Assembly (NCBI GenBank): GCA_964370875.1 | Contig: CAYJLM010000001.1 | Location: 1-46,303 of the forward strand | Reading direction: 5' to 3' | Source of the DNA: an uncultured Gammaproteobacteria bacterium | GTDB taxonomy: Bacteria; Patescibacteriota; Patescibacteriia; JACQRZ01 | Length of the DNA: 46,303 nt | Part shown: positions 42,845 to 46,303 of the stretch, one piece after another | Layout of the letters: every line of letters begins with the position of its first letter | Numbering within the stretch: the stretch's first letter is position 1 | Notes under the pieces: model-generated | The model's input: only the letters and a program-made list of their open reading frames with translations | Told to the model about the DNA's origin: nothing | The model's database searches: none | Made by a program: the position numbers and the translations under genes

Positions 42845-43893
42845 ATTTTATTGACCCACGCTCGAAACTGCTCCATCACCCGCACCGCCTATCAATGCTG
42901 AAGGCCGGGCTAGTCCCGCCGCCAATCAATGTCGAGATTGATTTGACGAATCGATGTTCACTCGGCTGCGAGTCGTGTCACTTTGCCTACACTCACACGC
43001 GCGGGCCATTGGCGGGTAAACGCGGCAAACCCGACAACTGGCAATCGGGCGGCGATGTGATGGAGACGAAATTAGCTCGCAAGATACTGACCGACTTGGC
43101 TTCAGCGGGAGTGCTGTCGGTGACGTGGACGGGCGGCGGTGAACCGACTCTGCATCCTGATTTTGACCTGATTACCTCTGCCAATCCACTGGAGCAGGGT
43201 GTCTATACGCACGGCGGGCATATCAGCGAAGAGCGGGCGGCCATGATGAAGCAATGTTTTACGTGGGTGTACGTGTCGCTGGACTGCCCCGACCGCGAGA
43301 GTTACCGGGCTTACAAGGGCGTGGACGGTTTCGAGCGGGCTATCAATGGCGTGACGAATCTAGTGGGGGCTGATGGCAAAGCCACAATTGGATTAGGTTT
43401 TTTGCTAGGCCGCGAAAACTGGCGTAAAATACCGGAGATGATTGCACTCGGTAATCAATTGGGTGTAGACTATGTTCAATTCCGGCCAATGATTCAGTAC
43501 ACGCAGGCCGAACCGGATAAGCCAGCCGAGGATACGGGCTGGCTCTCGGATTGCATCGCGGCGCTGGAATGGTCGTTAGCGCCAAACGTGATTTGTGACA
43601 TTGACCGCTTCCGAATGTACCGGGACTGGCAGGGACACGGCTATGAGACCTGTTACTATAGCGGCCTCTCAACCGTGATTACCCCGAATGGGAGTGTGTG
43701 GACGTGTGTCAACAAGCGGGAACATGCGGGCGATTATATGGGTAGCTTACAGGACGAATCATTTAGCAACATCTGGGGGCGGCGCAAACTGGCCCACGTC
43801 AATGGTGATTGCCGGGTGCTATGCCGGGGACATCTTGCCAATCTGACGGCAGGCGAAGTGATGCGCGAGGTAGAGCATGTCAACTTTATCTAG
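42841..43893 (+). CDS. Radical SAM enzyme (second), with Cys-containing C-terminal region
   Basis: DLTNRCSLGCESCHF (CxxxCxxC, 42955-42978) and WTGGGEPTLH. C-terminal Cys residues (CVNK..GDCRVLCRGH). ATGA overlap. Confidence 0.85.
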   Translation: MNFIDPRSKLLHHPHRLSMLKAGLVPPPINVEIDLTNRCSLGCESCHFAYTHTRGPLAGKRGKPDNWQSGGDVMETKLARKILTDLASAGVLSVTWTGGGEPTLHPDFDLITSANPLEQGVYTHGGHISEERAAMMKQCFTWVYVSLDCPDRESYRAYKGVDGFERAINGVTNLVGADGKATIGLGFLLGRENWRKIPEMIALGNQLGVDYVQFRPMIQYTQAEPDKPAEDTGWLSDCIAALEWSLAPNVICDIDRFRMYRDWQGHGYETCYYSGLSTVITPNGSVWTCVNKREHAGDYMGSLQDESFSNIWGRRKLAHVNGDCRVLCRGHLANLTAGEVMREVEHVNFI

Positions 43894-44089
43894 GCTGGTT
43901 GGTTATGGCCTGCTCTGGCCCGTCCATCGCCTGCTATGTGAGATTGGGAGTTATGGCTGGAAGCACAGCCACAAGTGGATTAATCGTAAACTCGTTTTGC
44001 CCCTGGCGTGTTTTGGGGCATATCTAGTCAATGGCTGCGACTGGAACAAGGTCGAGGGCCATCAATCGAAAGGGAAACGGAATGTATAA
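43877..44089 (+). CDS. Possible small protein
   Basis: 70-aa ORF with SD GAGG. It bridges the gap between the radical SAM gene and the next gene, overlapping both. Coding status is uncertain. Confidence 0.3.
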   Translation: MSTLSRLVGYGLLWPVHRLLCEIGSYGWKHSHKWINRKLVLPLACFGAYLVNGCDWNKVEGHQSKGKRNV

Positions 44090-44372
44090 GTTTGTAGCAC
44101 TCAAGGAATTTTCTATCGGCTCAAAGGCCAGCGATGATTTGCAGACCGTCAAAGAGGGCGAGGAATTTACCCCGCCTGCCGGTTGGGTTTACGACACAGA
44201 ATACTCTGCCCTGCCCGGCGTCGGCCGCCCGTTTTTCTCGTTTGAGACCAAGCGCCGCGTTCGCAACGTCAAGACCGGCACGATGGAATGGGAGCGGGAC
44301 ACCAAGCGGGTGGGCGTGCCGGTAGAAGTCATTGAGGTTTCGAGCGAGAAGCCCGCGCCGGTCAATGCCTGA
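44082..44372 (+). CDS. Hypothetical virion-module protein
   Basis: ATG 44082 (MYKFVALKEF); 96 aa. Confidence 0.5.
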   Translation: MYKFVALKEFSIGSKASDDLQTVKEGEEFTPPAGWVYDTEYSALPGVGRPFFSFETKRRVRNVKTGTMEWERDTKRVGVPVEVIEVSSEKPAPVNA

Positions 44373-44679
44373 ATACCTGTACCGTGACACGAAAGGTCAC
44401 GAAAAGACCCTGTTTCACCGGATGCTGTACGGGACGGGCGTGGTCTGTGACTGCGGCCTGGAGATGCGCCGCGTGATTCAGCCCGTCCGAATCAACTGGA
44501 ACGGAAACCGGGCGGTAGCCGAGACTGGGGCGGCAGTCAAAGAACTAATTGAGACCCGCCCGGCGCGGTTAGATGAATACTGGAAGGAGAAGGAGGCCCA
44601 TGTCAAAAAAACGCAACCGGAACGGGCAAATGCAAGCAATGACCCGACCTATGGCACAGTCCATCACGAACGCAAATAG
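44365..44679 (+). CDS. Hypothetical protein (degenerate FmdB-like N-terminus)
   Basis: ATG 44365 (MPEYLYRDTKGHEK..VVCDCG). Confidence 0.45.
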   Translation: MPEYLYRDTKGHEKTLFHRMLYGTGVVCDCGLEMRRVIQPVRINWNGNRAVAETGAAVKELIETRPARLDEYWKEKEAHVKKTQPERANASNDPTYGTVHHERK

Positions 44680-44845
44680 CGGGCAGTTTGTGACCCGTTA
44701 CGAGGTCATCCGTGAGTTCAAATATGGTGATAGAATACTAAAAGTCGGTGAGCAGTTTCAGCCAATCGGCGGCAGGAACGACGCCCTGATTATGGCGGGC
44801 GTCGGAAAGTACGTCAAACGGGTAGAAATTCCGCTCACCCAATAA
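44600..44845 (+). CDS. Hypothetical protein
   Basis: ATG 44600 (MSKKRNRNG) lies behind the strong SD GGAGAAGGAGG. It overlaps the previous ORF by 80 nt. Confidence 0.45.
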   Translation: MSKKRNRNGQMQAMTRPMAQSITNANSGQFVTRYEVIREFKYGDRILKVGEQFQPIGGRNDALIMAGVGKYVKRVEIPLTQ

Positions 44846-44885
44846 CCAACCCACGAGCCGAAGCGCGGCGGCGGGGAGCTAATCA

Positions 44886-45212
44886 ATGGCACAACCGCGC
44901 GTATTACCCGGCCTGCTCTCGCCTGCCGGATTTCAATCCTCAAGCCTCGCAAATTCAACGGCGATAGCGGTCAACTCAACCGTTAGAGCGGCCAAGCCGT
45001 CCCTGCTGATTGTTAGTGTCGAGACGAATAACGTCCGTTATCGGCGCGACGGCACAGCCCCGACACTCTCAACTGGAATTTTGCTGACGGTTGCAAATTC
45101 GCCCTACGTCATCCCCTACGACCGCACCAGCAACCTGAAATTCCAGCGGCAGACCGGCACGGCCAAAGTCCAACTTGAAGGGCTAAAGGGATACGGGAAT
45201 AACCCGTTCTAA
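44886..45212 (+). CDS. Hypothetical virion-module protein
   Basis: 108 aa with SD GGGGAG. Contains LANSTAIAVNSTV and NNVRYRRDGTAPT. Confidence 0.55.
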   Translation: MAQPRVLPGLLSPAGFQSSSLANSTAIAVNSTVRAAKPSLLIVSVETNNVRYRRDGTAPTLSTGILLTVANSPYVIPYDRTSNLKFQRQTGTAKVQLEGLKGYGNNPF

Positions 45213-45961
45213 TGACCGCCTTCCTTCCTGGGCTATGGCTGAAAGGCCGGATGGGTTTATCGTTAGGGTCGGGTGGTGGCTATCTTGGAAAGTTGCGCGG
45301 CCTGTTTGGCTCTTCCATCGTCGGTCTCTGGCCGCAGAACGAAGCCAGCGGCACAGTTAGCCGAGAGATTGTCAATGGCTACAACGGGCAATACACCGGC
45401 GTGACGTTGGGCGTACCCGGCATCGGGGACGGCAACACTGCCGCCTCGTATGACGGGACGACCTCGTTCAACAATGTATACAGCGCCGCACTCGCAGCGG
45501 CGTTCAATCCTAACGAATTGTCATTAATTGCGTGGGTGAAAACTTCAGCTTGGGCGGACTCCACCTTTAGAGTTCCCGTTTCACTTGCGGTTAATTCTAG
45601 TAATAAAGTATTTTTCCAGAAGTCAACCGTATCAAATCGGTTGGACGCTAACTATATTGCTGGAGGCACAACCAAGACAATAACGAGTCTGGTTGCGGCG
45701 GCGAATACCGGTTGGCTAAATTTAGCTATGACCGTCTCGAAATCAGCCGATGCCTTGATTGGATATTTGAATGGCGTTCCAATTGGGTCACCGCAAACGG
45801 GTTTGGGAACGTGGGTCGGCTCGCTGGCAGCAACACTCTGTACAATCGGGGCAGAAAACACCTCAGCAGGCAAGTCCTGGAATGGATATGAGTCCGTTGT
45901 TTGTCTACTAAATCGGCGTGCTACTCCTGCCGAAATCGCACAGACGGCGATTGTGCCATGA
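45212..45961 (+). CDS. LamG (concanavalin-A-like lectin) domain protein
   Basis: GLWPQNEASGT.., ASYDGTTSF, SLIAWVK, and a C-terminal NGYESVVCLLNRRATPAEI, matching the Laminin_G_3 pattern. Confidence 0.7.
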   Translation: MTAFLPGLWLKGRMGLSLGSGGGYLGKLRGLFGSSIVGLWPQNEASGTVSREIVNGYNGQYTGVTLGVPGIGDGNTAASYDGTTSFNNVYSAALAAAFNPNELSLIAWVKTSAWADSTFRVPVSLAVNSSNKVFFQKSTVSNRLDANYIAGGTTKTITSLVAAANTGWLNLAMTVSKSADALIGYLNGVPIGSPQTGLGTWVGSLAATLCTIGAENTSAGKSWNGYESVVCLLNRRATPAEIAQTAIVP

Positions 45962-46062
45962 CAATTATCTATTGCTTGTTGGCGTGGGTTGTTATCTCTA
46001 TTCCGATAGGTATTCTGGTCGGAAAATGTATTGAGTTTGGATTGGGAGATGGGCGGCGATGA
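45958..46062 (+). CDS. Possible 34-aa single-TM miniprotein
   Basis: MTIIYCLLAWVVISIPIGILVGKCIEFGLGDGRR, with ATGA overlaps at both ends linking the LamG and hydrolase genes. Confidence 0.4.
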   Translation: MTIIYCLLAWVVISIPIGILVGKCIEFGLGDGRR

Positions 46063-46303
46063 AACGATTATCTATTCTGCTGGTTGTGCTGGCCTTGTTG
46101 CCGCTTCAAACTCAAGCGGCCAATTCCTTTGTGAAGGGCATTGCCCTTGCCGACTCGTCCCACCTCGAGGATTTAGACACGATTGGAGCAACGTCTTATT
46201 ACAACTGGACGCTGAATTGTCGCGATGACCCGCGCTGTATTCCAATGGCGAGAGCGTGGCAACTACCCGACTCCTGCCCGTCCGTTCTGCTAGTTGGCAA
46301 TGA
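46059..46303 (+). CDS. Secreted glycoside hydrolase, N-terminal part (continues at base 56 after the junction)
   Basis: Signal peptide MKRLSILLVVLALLPLQTQAA, then KGIALAD..YYNW..CIPMA..LLVGNE. It runs off the window end in frame with 3..560. Full length is 249 aa. Confidence 0.8.
   Translation, partial: MKRLSILLVVLALLPLQTQAANSFVKGIALADSSHLEDLDTIGATSYYNWTLNCRDDPRCIPMARAWQLPDSCPSVLLVGN
46249..46303. repeat. Second copy of the 55-bp terminal repeat
   Basis: Identical to bases 1-55. Confidence 0.95.

Noticed and set aside
1-46303. Checked whether the phage is temperate, and whether the window contains CRISPR arrays or mobile elements.
   Set aside because: I recognised no integrase, excisionase, CI-like repressor with a peptidase domain, transposase or att-like repeat. 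The LexA-N-terminal-like wHTH (13273..13593) alone is insufficient. The only tandem repeats are coding (37090..37443) or iteron-like (16865..16926), not repeat-spacer arrays.

Overview
The window is a complete ~46.25-kb tailed dsDNA phage genome. Bases 1-55 are identical to 46249-46303, which looks like an assembly overlap closing a circle. The tail module is siphovirus-type: tube, chaperone with -1 frameshift, tape measure, no sheath. I saw no rRNA, tRNA, CRISPR array, integrase or transposase.

There are four transcription blocks:
(i) A late + strand block runs from 27.1 kb across the junction to 8.5 kb. It carries a ParB-methyltransferase fusion, terminase, portal, MuF-like protein, Mu gpI-like protease/scaffold, DUF2190 decoration protein and major capsid. 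These are followed by a 6.9-kb glycosyltransferase/radical-SAM island, head-tail genes, a LamG/glycoside-hydrolase module and the tail genes.
(ii) A - strand early/replication block runs from 19.86 to 8.5 kb. It carries RecT, a replication initiator with internal iterons, a DnaC-like loader, two methyltransferases, an RNA-ligase-like protein, a DUF559 nuclease and DUF4031.
(iii) A + block runs from 19.9 to 22.96 kb. It has small Cys-rich proteins, a ~490-nt ORF-free structured region behind a consensus promoter, and four membrane proteins.
(iv) A - block runs from 26.94 to 23.0 kb and holds 14 small ORFans.

Genes are densely packed, with many ATGA/TAATG/GTGA start-stop overlaps.

The most notable observation is the block directly after the major capsid gene. 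It holds a 146-aa protein with ~23-aa repeats carrying an invariant N-S-T core, then four glycosyltransferase-like genes, two radical SAM enzymes (one with a B12-binding-type N-terminal domain) and a SAM methyltransferase. This is a candidate virion-protein (or other) modification system that I cannot match to a described one.

Other points:
- Two promoter-then-immediate-terminator modules, suggesting antitermination control.
- A candidate origin inside the replication gene.
- A signal-peptide GH128-like hydrolase flanked by LamG proteins, with no recognisable classical endolysin anywhere.
- Three DNA-methyltransferase-like genes.

All product calls are by-eye motif recognition. No database search, HMM, folding or composition calculation was run.
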